Shown here one piece after another: positions 29,767-43,848 of a stretch of DNA of 64,000 nucleotides. Origin of the DNA: the human T2T-CHM13v2.0 reference genome, Homo sapiens; the NCBI RefSeq assembly GCF_009914755.1, contig NC_060941.1, one strand, 5' to 3'. Below the pieces are notes generated by a model. That model was not told the DNA's origin, searched no databases, and saw only the letters and a program-made list of their open reading frames with translations. The translations under genes and the position numbers were made by a program. Position 1 is the stretch's first letter, and every line of letters begins with the position of its first letter.

Positions 29767-32700
29767 TGAGATTATTTGGGTTTTGCTTGCTCAGTTGTTT
29801 AAGTTACTTATAGATTCTGGATATTAGGATTATGTCAGGTACATAGTTTGTGAATACTTTCTCCCATTCTATGGTTGTCTGTTTACTCTATTGGCAGATT
29901 TTTTTTTCCTGTGCTCCAACTCATCAATTTTTGTTTTCATTGCAATTGCTTTTGAGGATTTAGTCATAAATTCTTTCCCAAGGCTGATATCCAGAATGAT
30001 GTTTCCTAAGCTTTCTTCTAGGATTATGATAGTTTGAGGTCTTACATTTAAATCTTTAATCCATCTTGCATTAATTTTTATATATGGTGAAAGGTAGGAT
30101 CTAGTTTAATTCTTCCGTATATGGCTAGCCAGCTGTCACAGCACCATTTATTGAGTAGAAAGTCCTTTCCTTGTTTTCCATTTTTTTTATTTTGTCAAAG
30201 ATCAGATGGCTATAGATGTGTGTGTGGCTTTATGTCCGGGTTCTCTATTCTGTTCCATTTGTCTGTCTGTCTGTCTTTATACCAATACAATGCTATTTTG
30301 GTTACTGTAGCCCAATAGTTTAGTTTGAAGTTGGGTAATGGTTTGAAGTCAGGTAATGTGATGTCTCCAGCTTTGTTCTCTTTGCTTAGCATTTCTTTGG
30401 CTATTCAGGCCCTTTTTGGCTCCATATGAATTTTAGGATAGAATTTTCTAGTTCTTTGAAAAATCACATTGGTAGTTTGGTAGGAATAGCATTAAATCTG
30501 TAGATTGCTTTGGGCAGTGTGGCCATTTTAACAATATTAGTTCTTCCAATTCAGAAGCATGAAATGTTTTCCCATTTTTTGTGTCATCTATGATTTTTTC
30601 ATCAGTGTTTCATAGTTCTCCTTGCAGAGATCTTTTACCTCCTGGGTTGGATGTATTTCTAGGTATTTTATTTTTTGTGGCTATTGTAAATGGGATTGCA
30701 TTCTTGATTTGGCTCTCAGCTTGAATGTTGTTGGTGTATAGAAATGCTACTGATTTTTGTACATTAATTTTGTAACCTGAAACTTTACTGAAGTCAGTTA
30801 TCAGATTCAGGAGCCCTTTGGTGGAGTCTTTAGGTTCCTTTTAGGTATAGAATCATATTGTCTGTGAAGAGAGATAGTTTGACTTCTTCCTTTCCTATTT
30901 GTATGTCTTTTATTTCTTTCTCTTGCCTGATGGCTCTGGATAGCACTTCCAGTACTATGTTGAGTAGGAATGGTGAGAGTGGCATTCTTGTCTTGTTCCA
31001 ATTCTCAAGGGTAATGCTTCCAGCTTTTGCCTATTCAATATGATTTTGGCTGTGGGTTTGTCATAGATGGCTCTTATTATTTAGGTACTTTCAATGCCTG
31101 GTTTCTTGAGTTTTTGTTGTGAAGAGATGCTGGATTTTATCAAAAACTTTTCTTTATCTTTTGAGATAATCACTTTTTTGTTTTTAATTCTATTTATGTA
31201 ATGAATCACATATATTGATATGCATATGTTGAATCAATCTTGTATCCCAGGAATGAAGTTTACTTGATCATGGTGAATTAACTTTTTGATGTTTTGTTGA
31301 ATTTGGTTTGCTAGTATTTTGTGTAGGATTCGTATGTCTACTTCATGAGGGAATATTGGCCTGTAGTTTTCTTTTTTCATTGTATCTTTGCCAGGTTTTG
31401 GTATTAGGGTGATGCTGACCTTGTAAAATGAGTTAGGGCAGGAGTCCCTCCTCCTCTTCCTTGAGTTTTTGGAATAATTTCAGTAGAATTGGTACCAGCT
31501 CATCTTTGTGTGTCTGGTAGAATTCAGCTGTGAATCCATCTGGTCCGGGTCTTTTTTTTGGCTTGGGAGATTTTTTTTTTATTATTATTACTGATTGAAT
31601 TTCAGAACTTGATATTGGCCAGTTCAGAGTTACAATTTCTTCCTGATTCAATCTTGGGAGATTTTGTGGTTCTAGGAATTTGTCAAATTCCTCTAGATTT
31701 CATAGTTTGTGTGGCATAGAGGTGTTTATAATAGTCTCTGAGGATCATTTGTATTTCTGTAGGATCAGTTGTAATGTCACCTTTGTTGTTTCTGATGGTG
31801 CTTATTTGAATCTTCTGTCTCTCTCTCCCTCTGTCTTTGGTTAATTAACTAGCAGTGTGTTGATCTTGTTTTCACTTTCAAATAACCAATTTTTTGTTTC
31901 CTTGATTCTTTGTGTTGGATTTTTAGATCTCAATTTTATTCAGATCTGCTCTGATTTTAGTTATTTATTTTCTTCTGCTAGCTTTGGGGTTAGTATTGTC
32001 TTATTTTTCTAGTTCTTCTAAATGTGATGTTAGATCATTAATCTGAGATTTTTCTAACTTTTTGAGGTAGACATTTAGTACTACAAACTTTGCTCTTAAC
32101 ACTGTTTTTCCTGTATCTCAGATATTTTGATATGTTGTGTCTCTGTTTTCATTTATTTCAAAGAATTTTTGGTATCTGCCTTAATTTTGTTGTTTACCCA
32201 AAAGTCATTCAGGAGCAAGTTGTTTAATTTCCATGTCATTGTGTGGTTTTGTGACATCTTCTTGGCATTTATTTCTATTTTTATTCTACTGTGGTCTGAA
32301 AATATGGTTGGTATGATTTCAATTATTTGTGTTTATTGAGACTTGCTTTATGGATAAGCATGTGGTCAATCTTGGACTATGTTCCATGTGCAGATGAGAA
32401 GAATGTATACTCTGCAATTGATGGATGGAGTATTTGGTAGATGTTTATTAGGTCCACTTAGTCAAGCATTGAACTTAAGTCTGGAATTTTTTTGTTAGTT
32501 TTCTGCTTCAGTGATCCATCTGATGCTGTCAATGGGGTGTTGAAGTCCCCCTCTATTCTTGTGTGGCTGTCTAAGTCTTTTTCTAGGTCTAAAAGTACTT
32601 GTTTTATGAACCTGGGTGCTCCAGTGTTGGGTATGTTATTTAGAAGTGTTAAGTGTTCTTGTTGAATTGAACCCTTTATCATTATGTAATGTCCTTCTTT

Positions 32701-33057
32701 GTCATTTTTTTTACTGTTGTTGGTGTAAAATGTGTTTTATTTGATATATGAGTAGTGACCTCTGCTTTTTTTCGTTGTTGTTTTCCATTTGTGTGATAGA
32801 TCTTTCTCCAACCCTTTCTATGAGCTAATGGGAGTCATTGTGTGTGAGATGAGTCTCTTGGAAGACAGAAAATGGATGAATCTTGTTTTTTAATTCAACT
32901 TGCCATTCTGTGCCTTATAAGCAGGGGCATTCAGGCCATTTATATTCAAGGTTAATATTGATCTGTGAGGTTTTGATCTTATTTCACAATAGGATCTATT
33001 CTGGGGTTGCTTTATAGGGTCTATGGGCTATATACTTAAGTGTGTTTCTGTAGCAGG

Positions 33058-35169
33058 TGTATTAGTATGTTCTCATGCTGCAATGAAGAAACATCTGAGA
33101 CTGGGTAATTTACAAAGGAAAGAGGTTTAATTGACTCACAATTCCACAGGGCTGGGGAGGCCTCAGGAAACTTAGAATCAGAATGGAAGGGGAAGCAACA
33201 CATCCTTCTTCACATGGCGGTAAGAGAAAGAAATGCCAAGCAAAGGGGGAAAGGCCCCTTATAAAACCGTCAGATCTTGTGAGATCTCACTCACTGTCCT
33301 AAGAACACCAGCAGGGGGTAACTGCACCCGTGATTCAATTATTTCCCACTGCATCCCTCCCACTACATGTGGGGATTATGGGAACTACAATTCAAGATGA
33401 GATCTGGGTGGGAACACAGCCAAACCATATCATTTCACCCCAGACCCTCCACAATTTCATGTCCTCACATTTCAAAACACAATCATGCCTTTCCAACAGT
33501 TCCCCAAAGTCTTAACTCATTCCAGCATTAACCTAAAACTCCAAGTCCAAGGTCACATCTGACATGAGGCAAGTCCCTTCCACCTATGAGCCTTAAAGTT
33601 CCAAAATGAATCTCCTTTGTCTTCGTGTCTCACATCCAGGTCACGCTGATGCAAGAGGTGGGGCCCCATGGCTTTGGGCAACTCCACTCCTGTGGCTTTG
33701 CAGTGTATAACCCCACTCCCAGCTGCTTTCATGAGCTAGCTTTGAGTGCCTGCTGCTTTTCCAGGTACACAGTGCAAGCTGTTGGTGGATCTACCATTCT
33801 GGGGTCTGGGGGATGATGGCCTTCTTCTCAAAGCTCCAGTAGGCAATGCCCTAGTGGGGACTCTGTGTGGAGGCTCCAATCCCACATTTCCCTTCCACAC
33901 TGCCCTAGCAGATGTTCTCCATGAGGGCTCTGCCCCTGCAGCAAACTTCTGCCTGGAGATCCCAGCATTTCCATACATCCTCTAAAATTGAGGCAGAGGT
34001 TCCCAAACTTCAATTCTTGATTTCTGTGCACCCCTGGGTTCAACATCACTTGGAAGTGGCCAAGGGTTGGAGGCAGGGCACAACATCCCAAGGCAGCACA
34101 AAGCAGGGGGGGTCCTGGACCCAGCCCAAGAAACCATTTTTTCTCCTAGGCCTCTGGGCCTCTGATGGAAGGGGCTGCCATGAAGGTCTCTGATGTGCCC
34201 TGGAGACATTTTCCCCATTGCCTTGGTGATTAACATTCAGCTTCTCATTACCTAAGCAAATTTCTGCAGCCAGATTGAATTACTCCCTAGAAAATGGGTT
34301 TTTCTTTTCAATTGCATTGTCAGGCTGCACATTTTCCAAACTTCTATGCTTTGCTTCCTCGTGAATGCTTTGCTGCTTAGAAATTTCTTCCACCAGATAC
34401 TCTAAATCATCTCTCTCAAGTTCAAGCTCCACAGATCTCTAGGGCAGAGACAAAATGGCACCAGTCTCTTTGCTAAAGCAAAATAAGAATCACCTTTATT
34501 CCAGTTCCAAACAAGTTCCTCTTCTCTATCTGAGACAAATCTAGGTCTGGACTTCATTGTCCACATTACTATCAGCATTTGGTAAAAGCCATTCAAAAAG
34601 TCTCTAGGAAGTTCCAAACTTTTCCCACATCTTCTTGTCTTCTGAGCCCTCCAAGTCTCTAGGAAGTTCCAAACTTTCCCACATTTTCCTGTCTTCTTCT
34701 GAGCTCTCCAAACTGTTCCAACCTCTGCCTGTTACCAAAGTTGTTTCCACATTTTTTGGGTATCCTTATAGCAGCACCCCACTCTACCAGTACCAATTTA
34801 CTGTATTAGTCCATTCTCATGCTGCTATGAAGAAATATCTGAAACTGGGTAACTTATAAAGGAAAGAGGTTTAATTGACTCACAGTTCCACAGGGCTGGG
34901 GAGGTCTCAGGAAACTTACAATCATGGTAGAAAGGGAAGCAACACATCCTTCTTCACATGGTGGCAAGAGAGAGAAGAAGTGCCAATCAAAGTGGGGAAA
35001 GCCCCTTATAAAACCATAGGATCTTGTGAGAACTCACGAGAACAGCAGCATGAGGGTAATTGCCCCAAGATTCAATTACCTCCAACCAGGTCCCTCCCAC
35101 AACATGTGGCGATTATAGGAACTACAATTCAAGATGAGATTTGGGTGGGGACACGGCCAAACCATATCA
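33058..35169 (-). mobile_element. THE1C ERVL-MaLR provirus: 3' LTR 33058-33432, internal region 33433-34801, 5' LTR 34802-35169
   Basis: Two TG...CA LTRs in direct orientation; perfect TSD GCAGG at 33053-33057 and 35170-35174; THE1-int sequence between; purine-rich tract next to the 3' LTR on the minus strand. Confidence 0.96.
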
Positions 35170-36364
35170 GCAGGTATTGTTTTTTCTTTTCCATGTTTAG
35201 AACTCCCTTAAGGATTTCTTGTAAAGCTGGTCTGGTAATGAATCCCCTTAGCTCTTGCTTGTCTGGAAAAGATATTCTTTCTCCTTCACTGATGAAGCTT
35301 AGTTTGGCAGGATATGAAATCCTTGGTTAGAATTTCTTGTCTTTAAAAATGATGAAAATAGGTCCCCAGTCTCTCCCAGCTTGTAAGTTTTCTGCTGAGA
35401 AGTCTGCTGTTAGCCTGATGGAATTCCCTTAGTAAATGATCTGATCTTTTTCTCTAGCTACCAGTATTATTTTTTTCTTTAGCATTGACTTTGGACACTC
35501 TGGTGAATATAGGCCTTGGTGGTGTTCATTTCGTGTAGTATTTCACAGATATTCTCTAGATTTCTTATATCTGGCTATCTACGTCTCTATCAAGATTAGG
35601 AAAGATTTCTTGAAATATTTACTTAAGCGTGATTTCCAGATTGTATAATTTTTCTCCTTCTCTCTTAGGAATGCCAATAATTCATAGGTTTGGTCACTTT
35701 CCATAGTTCTATATTTCTCAATGACTTTGTTAATTTTTTTAATTTGTTTTTCTTTATTTTTGTCTAACTGGGTTAATTCAAAAGACCAGTCTTGAAGCTC
35801 TGAAATTCTTTCTTCTAATTGATCCAGTCTATTAATACAGCTTTCAATTGTATTTTAAAATTCCTTAAGTAAGTTTTTCAATTCCAGAAGCTCTGATTAA
35901 TTTTGATTGAAGATGTTTATCTCTTTCTTCATTTCTTGGGTTGCTTCAGAAGTTCCTTTGTGCTAATTTTTAACCTTGACTTGCACCTTGTTGAGCTTCC
36001 TGGCAATCCATGCTTTGAGTTCTTTATTTGTTATTTCTGAGTTTCCTTTTTGGTTAGGAACTATTGCTGGAGAGCTAGTGTGATCCTTTGGTCGTATCAC
36101 CACTTTCAGATTTTTCATGGTGCCGGAATTCGTATGTTGGTTCCTTCTCATCAGGAGAAGCTGGCAATTCTAATTTTTGTAATTATTTTCGTGTGGGTAG
36201 ATTTTTTTCTTTTTCATTCTTTCCCTATAATATTATTGCTTTTTTCTTTCCTTTTTCCTCTCCTCCTTTCCTAAAGAATGTGATTGTAGAGAATGCTGGG
36301 TAGGTATTTTGGCTTTGTTTCTGTAGCCCTATGCACTCAGGTCAGCAGGTTTTATATTGGGCTG

Positions 36365-36397
36365 TGCAGTTCAACATAAAAGCCAGTAGATGGCACT
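36365..36397 (+). promoter_or_regulatory. Candidate CTCF site (upstream module plus core)
   Basis: TGCAGTTCA-N9-CCAGTAGATGGCACT. Motif match only. Confidence 0.5.
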
Positions 36398-37654
36398 TAT
36401 AGGTAAGAGCTGGTTGCAGTCAACACTGCTGGGTATATACTTGATCTTTGTTTACTGGGAGAAGCTTTCTGTTGCCCCAGGCATAGAGCTGATTCAAGGA
36501 GTGCACAGTGGTATGAGCTCACTGCTCAGCCCCTGGCTGGTGGGGACCAATATGGACAGGGCTGGACCTGTAGGTTGGCCTACCGGTCTGCTGATGGCAA
36601 GCACAAACGGAGGATCTAGTGGGTGGCCACCAAGCACCAAAAGTTATGCCTGGGTGGGGAGTTGGGAAAACTCCTTGGTCCCAAGTTCTCTGCACAGGGA
36701 TGGGGTGTAGACTAAACTTTAAATCCAGGAGAGTGGGTCCTCCAAATGCTTGGAGATCTGCCTGAGTATGGAGTGGAGAGGGCCCTTCTGCACCAAAATC
36801 TATGCACAGGACGGGTGGGGCAATTCAGGCTGATGATTCAGATGAGCAGCTTCTCTGAATGATTGGAAATCTGCCTTGGCATCAAGCAGAGAGGGCCTTA
36901 CTGCATCACGATCTAAGAGAAGCAGACAGGGGCACCCAGTATGGCATACACAGACCAGTTCCAGGTTGCCAACCTAACTGCAAGTCTCATCGCCCAGGAG
37001 AAACCTATAGCTGTAGCAGCTTTCTTCCTGCCCCTGTGATGAGGGAGAGCACAATCCAGTGCTTACTGCTGAGATGCTTTCCATTGTTCTGGCTGAGGAG
37101 GACCTTACCTAGGACCCTACCTAGCTTCAGAGCATTCACTCCAGTCTCTGGGCTGAGACCAAATTGTCTGCATGGCCATGTTACCAGGTCATCAAAGGGA
37201 ATGGGTGACTTTGTATGCACCCAGATTAACAAGGGCATTCTGCTGTCTGTTTCAGGCCTGGGAAAATGTCTGCAGCTTTTCCCAGTGTCTTTCCCTCACG
37301 GCATTTCCAAGCCTCTCCCCAGGTTCACTCCAGGGCATTGGAGAAGCAGAGTGCTCTCCTTCAGTCTGGGTTGCTCGGATGCCCAGTGAAAAGGTCGGGG
37401 AGTGGAATGAGGGAGGCTCTCTGCCTCTCTCACATACTGGGGATGCATTCCCTTTTATTAGCCAGATGCCATCATGAGACTGTTTGCCCACATTCTCCTC
37501 CCTGGATTCTGGAGTGACCTTCCTGATTCCTGTGGACTCCCATTTTCCTTCTGGAATTGAAGCTCACAGAACTGATCTTTATGCACTTTCTTGCCGTTTC
37601 CAAGTGGCTGAGGCATGCCGAAAGCCTCTAATTCACCATTTTGGAAAAAAGATC

Positions 37655-40600
37655 ACTTTTTTCCTAATGCAGGAATTTGAAGCTATATGTTTTTCAATTA
37701 GCATTGCTAAGTGCCATTCCACAAATTTTGATATGTTGTATTCTCATTATCATTTTGGTTAAAAATGTGTTTAATTTCATTTTTCTAATATTATAATTTC
37801 CTTTTTAGTCTATGAATTATTTAGAAGAGTTTTTTATCTAATGCTCAATATTGTGGATTTTGAAATACTTTATTATTGATTTCTAATTTAATTCTATCAG
37901 GATCAGATAATCTGAAATATTTCAATTTCTTGACATTTATGGAGACATTTTATAGTCCAGTATGTGGCATATCTTGATGAATATTCCACGTTTGCTGAAA
38001 ATAGTGTTTTTCACTGTAGTTTTGCTATGTAGGATACTGTAAATACCAATTTAGGCTCCTGAATTCTCATTTTGCTACTTGTTCTTAATAAATTACTGAG
38101 AAAGTGGTGTAAAACTATGATTATAGATATGATTATTTTCCTTTTAGTCATGTCACTTTGCTTCATGAATTTTTGTTCTCTGTCATTAGTTGCATATATA
38201 TATACACACACACGCACACACACACACATATATACACACATATTTAGGATTATTCTAAATATGTATGTTCATATTTAGTATTATTCCTATATATAGGTTT
38301 ATATTTAGGATTATTCTAAATATGTACATATTTGTAATTATGCTAAATATATATACTTTGCATAATTATAAATATATATTTAGCATAATTCTAAATGTAT
38401 ATTTCATTTTTCTAATTATATATGATATATTTAGAATTATTGGGCTTAATTATTTCAAAGCATATCTTTTACATGCCTTTTCTTTTCAGTTTATCTGTAT
38501 CTTTATAACTAAAATCTGCAGTTTCTAGTTTGTAGACAGATTCTAGTTTGGTGTTTCCTTTTTATCCACTTAGTCAATATCTGCCTTTTAACTATGGGCA
38601 TTTAGTACATTTATACTTAATGTAGTAACTGATGTGGTTAGGTTTAAGTCTGTTATCTTGCTATGTATTTTTTTGTATCTTCTGTTGTAATTTCTTGTTT
38701 TTGTTGGTTTTCTCTTTTCCCGTTTTCTGTTGAATTAATTGAATAAGTGTTAGTGTTAAATTACAATTCCTTTATTGCCTCCTTGGCACGCCTCTTTGTT
38801 GTCTTTTAGCTAGGCATTGTTATCTTACAGTCTACTTAGAATGAATATTGTATGTTTTCACACTTTATTCCTGATTCTTCACACCTCCTGCTTTATTCTT
38901 TTTTATTCTCAGTTCAGACCAGATACTCCCTACTTTTTGCTTTTCATTGTTACTTTACAAATGTAATATATTTACAACAGTACAATTCCATTTACTCATT
39001 CCCTCATCCTTTATGCAATTGTTATCTTTTATTTTTATGTATATTGTAACCCTTATCTCAGTGTATTTACTTCTAATTTAATCAGTTGGTTATTTAAGAA
39101 AATTTATGAAAAAATGATATTCTATATTTTTCTAACTATGAATATTTACCAGTGCGTTCCATTCTAGATAGATCCAGGTTGCAATTTAATATCATTTTCC
39201 TTCAGCCTGAAAGACATAGTTTAGCATCTCTTAGAAAGCAAGTTTGCTTACAATACGTTCTGTTTTCACTTACCTAAAAAATCTTCATTTTGCTTGCATA
39301 TTTTCTGGATATAAAATTCTAGGTTGATAATTATTTTCTTTCAGTATGGTAAATATGTTACGCCATTATCTCCCAGTTTCATTACTTATAGTAAGAAGTC
39401 AACGATTATTCTTATTGCAGGATTATTGTACATAAAGTGTTCTATAAACTCCTTTATTCCCCTACTACTTTCAACATTTTTTCTTAATTTGGTTTCCAAC
39501 AGTCTGACTAGGATGAGTCTAGATACCATTCTTTTTATACTTATTGCAGTTGGATTTTGCTGAATTTTTTCAATCTGTTGATGAGTGTTTTTCATCAAAT
39601 TTTGACATTGTTAGCTATTATTCCTCAAATATTTTTATTCAATATTTTTCAGTTTTGTTTTCCATCCAAATATAACTCTCTTCTTCAGGATCTCCAATTA
39701 CATTTATATCAAACCATTAGATACTGTTTCCCTTGTTGAGGCTCGTCCATTTAATTTTTTCTCTCTTTTTCAGATTGGATAATTTCTATTGGTCTGTCTT
39801 CAGGGTTAGTATTTATTTTGCCATCTCTAATGTGCTCCTAAGTCTATCCAGTAGTTTAAATTTTTTTTGTCCTTTTCAGTTCTAGAATTTCCATTTTTAA
39901 TACTTTTTTTCCTGCTTGGATTCCCTATATTTTCATTATCTGAGATCATATTTTTATTTAATTCTTTAACAAATTTGTCTTTATTAAAATATATTTTCTT
40001 GTTTTTGTTTTTATGTGAATCATTATTTTTAAATAAAATAATTGCCATAATGGATAATACAAGTACTCTAAAAATATGTAATAGAGATTCTGGGTTCTGT
40101 TAATGATCTCTAGAGAGTATTCATTCTTGTCCTGCTAAGCAGGTAAATTACTGGCTGATTACTTTATGCTTGTAGGCTTTCGAGGAACCTCTAACTTGGC
40201 AGGACCTGACGTCAGATTCTGTCTGTTTGGGCTTGATTGTATGCTTAGCTAGGGTGGCTCTAGACCAAGTTTCATTCTAAAGCTTGGTTTTCACTCTGAA
40301 GATATAGTTTTTCTGGTGTTTCAGTGGGATGCCAAGATGTTGATGAATTATGAAAACCTCTCTACTCTGTAGGACCATAGCTCTCACATCCCTGGGCAGT
40401 ACTCTTCCCCTAGCATAGCTTGATCTCTAGTATCTGTTGTATCTCAGCCCCAAATCAACTGATCTCTGTTGAATGAAGTCGCTCTCTTATGTGTAGCTAC
40501 AGACTCACAGGAGACTCCTCTAAACAGACTTTAGGGGCTGCCCCTCTATAGAGCTCCCTCAGCTCTGCTGCCCTCACAGATCCTAGACACTTCAGCTGCT

Positions 40601-40882
40601 CTGAATTTTTAATTATTTCTTATCAGCTACCTACCAGGTTAAAAAACTACTGGGTTCTGCTCAGAATCCAGCTCCCTCTTTACTCGGAAAATTGTCTCAA
40701 GGAAAAGAACAAAGCAATTATAGGGTTTCTAACGAGTTTCCCTTTTCCGAATGATTGCAGTCTTATACTGCCTGTTTTTCACTGCCTGAAAGCCATTTCC
40801 TCATTATATATAGTAACAATTTTATAGTTATAAATGGTAGGAGGACTAGTCCAAGACTAAATTATGTCTAGAAACAGAAAGC
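37655..40882 (-). mobile_element. Old L1ME-class element (EN region to 5' end)
   Basis: ccacaaattttgatatgttgtatt is antisense ORF2; L1ME-like 5' terminus near 40880. Confidence 0.65.
38193..38440. repeat. (TA)/(CA) microsatellite plus AT-rich palindromic minisatellite (about 30-bp unit)
   Basis: Repeated atatttaggattattctaaatat with degenerate copies. Confidence 0.85.
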
Positions 40883-41289
40883 TTCCCACAAAATTTTACT
40901 ATTAGGTGAAAGATAATGAGAAGCCAAATAATATCCCCGCAGATAATTAAAGCATCCCATAAGCATGCCTTTGAACATATCAAAACCATAACATTTCATT
41001 TAAAAACAAGATAAAAGACTTTAAGTGTGTCATACAATATCATAAAAGAACAACATAAATTAGAATTTGCAATATTCAGCAATGAGGTGCCAAAACTCAG
41101 AAAAAAAATGTAAAAAATTAGAATCAAAATACAAACTCATAGAAACACAGAAAAAATGAACAAAACAAAGAGTGCCCTAAGAGAAATAGAAGGTGAAAAT
41201 AAGGAATTTTTTTAATTGAAAAAATACAATATCAGAAATAGTAAATATTTGAGCAAATATAGACTGGACTTCACCTCTTAGGTTTAAAA

Positions 41290-42680
41290 TATGCTTTACA
41301 GCTAATAGCAAAAATCACAGCATTGTCTTGTGAAATTTTCAGTGAATGATATACAAGGCAACTAAAACATAAAATAGGTAAAGTAAAGGGATCTATGGGG
41401 TGGTGAAATTTCTACATAAAACATTAATTCAAATAGACTGAGAACTCTGTTATTATTATGCATATTTTAATCCCTACAGCAATTGGTAAAACAGCTATAT
41501 ATATATTATATATGTATATATAGAGAGATATTCTAAACTATACAATTGATAACTTAGAAGGGAAGGTTTTTAAATGTTCACGTATCACAGAAGAAACGAA
41601 AGAGAAAAGGGGGAAAAACAAGTAAAAAGAAAGCAAACGGTGAAAGGGTACACCTGTATCCAAATATGTCAATCATTATATTACGTGTATATGATCTAGA
41701 GACAATAATTAAAGACAGAGATTGTCAGAATTAATTTGAAAATGACACAGCTACGTTATGAGTGTACAAGAAGCTCACTTTAATATAACATTGTAGGAAC
41801 ATTAAAAATTAAAAAATTAAAAGCATGGATAAATATAGGCTTTGCAAATATAAATCAGAAGAAGGCTGGAGTGGCTGTGTTAATATTAGACAAAGTATAT
41901 CTTAGAGCAAAAATCATTAGCAGGGTTAAAGAGGGACATTGCATGTTAATAAAAGAGATTAATTCACCAAGAAAACATAACAAAGTTAAATGTTTATGCA
42001 TGTAACAACAGAACTTTAAAAATACATGAAGCAAAAACTGAAAGAACTAAAAAAAGAAATAAATCCACAATTACTGTTGGAAGCATCAACACTCCTCTCT
42101 CACTAATATGTAGAACTAGTAGAGAGAAAATCAGCAAGAAAATAGAAGAAATAAACAACACTGTCATAAAATGAGATCTAACTTACACTTATAGAACTTT
42201 CTAATTCATAACCACAGAATACACATTATTTTCAGGGCACACAGAACATTCAGCCAGATAGATCATATCTGGGTTATTAAACAAACCTCAACAAATTTTA
42301 AATAATTAAAATTATACATAGTATGGTCTCTAAATTTAATGGAATGAAATCAGAAATTAACAGCAGAAAGACAAAGGAAAAATCTCTAAATACTTGAAAA
42401 TTGAACAGCACATTTGGACATAATCTATGGATCAAAGAAGTCATTTCAGGAGAACAATAGAAAATGTTTTTAGCTGAGAAAATATGAAATCTAACACATC
42501 AAAATTTGTAGGATGCAGGTAAAACTGCTTCCTTGGAAGTAATGCGTATATTAGAATAAAAAAATGGCCTCAAATCAAGAATTTAAGCTTTCACTTTAAG
42601 AAACTAGAAAAAAGAGTAAAATACACACCAAGAAGGTAGAAGGAAGGAAAGAGTAAAAATAATAATGGAAAAGATAAAAA
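41290..42680 (+). mobile_element. L1M inter-ORF/ORF2 endonuclease fragment
   Basis: aaagacagagattgtcagaa, gaaggctggagtggctgtgttaatattagacaaagt and tcaacactcctctctca are EN-region motifs. Confidence 0.75.
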
Positions 42681-42861
42681 TGAATTTAAGAGAAAGGGAC
42701 AATGGTAAAGATAGTGTTCAATAAACAGATAATGAGAGTTCCCAAAGAAAAAAATCAAAATGCAAAACAAAAACCATAAATCAAAAAAACTTTTTTATAA
42801 AGTTAAAAAAATTCCACGGTATGTATTGCGAGAACACACCACGTGTTTAAGAGTTGATCCA

Positions 42862-43162
42862 TTGGAAGCCATTATTCTTAGCAAACTAACACAGGAACAT
42901 TAAACCAAATACCTCATGTTCTCCCTTACAAGTGGGAGCTAAATGATGAGAACACATGGATACGTAGGGGGAAAAACAGACACCGGGGCCTATCGGAGGG
43001 CAGAGGGTGGTAGGATGGAGTGGATCAGGAAAAATAACTAATAAGCACTAGGGTTAATACCTGAGTGACAAAATAACCTGTACAACACACTTCCATGACA
43101 CAGGTTTACCTGTATAACAGACCTGGACATGTACCCTATAACTTAAAAGTTAAAAAAAAAAA
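42862..43162 (+). mobile_element. L1PA13-like 5'-truncated L1 (about 300 bp, mostly 3'UTR)
   Basis: ggatcaggaaaaataactaat diagnostic, poly-A tail, degenerate TSD ttga(t/c)cca. Confidence 0.85.
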
Positions 43163-43345
43163 TATTGACCCAGAATGACCACAATAAAGACATATTCTAA
43201 TAAAATTACCACATCTTAAAAAACAGTCACTTTTCTTCAAAGTGCTAAACATAGAATTACCATATGCTTTGTAGGAGTACAAAACAACAGTAAGGCAAAG
43301 AATAGATGATCTGACTGTTAACAGCAATAATTTATGCCAGAATAA

Positions 43346-43848
<503 letters not shown>

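Larger units (their letters stand above)
29770..37650 (-). mobile_element. L1P4/L1PB-class LINE-1 with 5'UTR, ORF1 and most of ORF2; 3' end missing; interrupted by THE1C
   Basis: Minus ORFs match the ORF1 N-terminus (MRRNQHTNSG...PKDHTSSPA), EN (GDFNTPL) and Z domain ([13 protein letters not shown]). 5' end near 37645. About 113-bp repeats in the 5'UTR (36691-36915). Confidence 0.9.

Noticed and set aside
33308-33322. CTCF-like CCAGCAGGGGGTAAC in the THE1C 3' LTR, and TGGCCAGATGGCAGT near 24138
   Set aside because: Each mismatches high-information core positions; too weak without ChIP data.
34598-34712. About 54-bp tandem duplication inside THE1-int
   Set aside because: As I recall, this is a feature of THE1/MST internal consensuses rather than locus-specific; check against Dfam.
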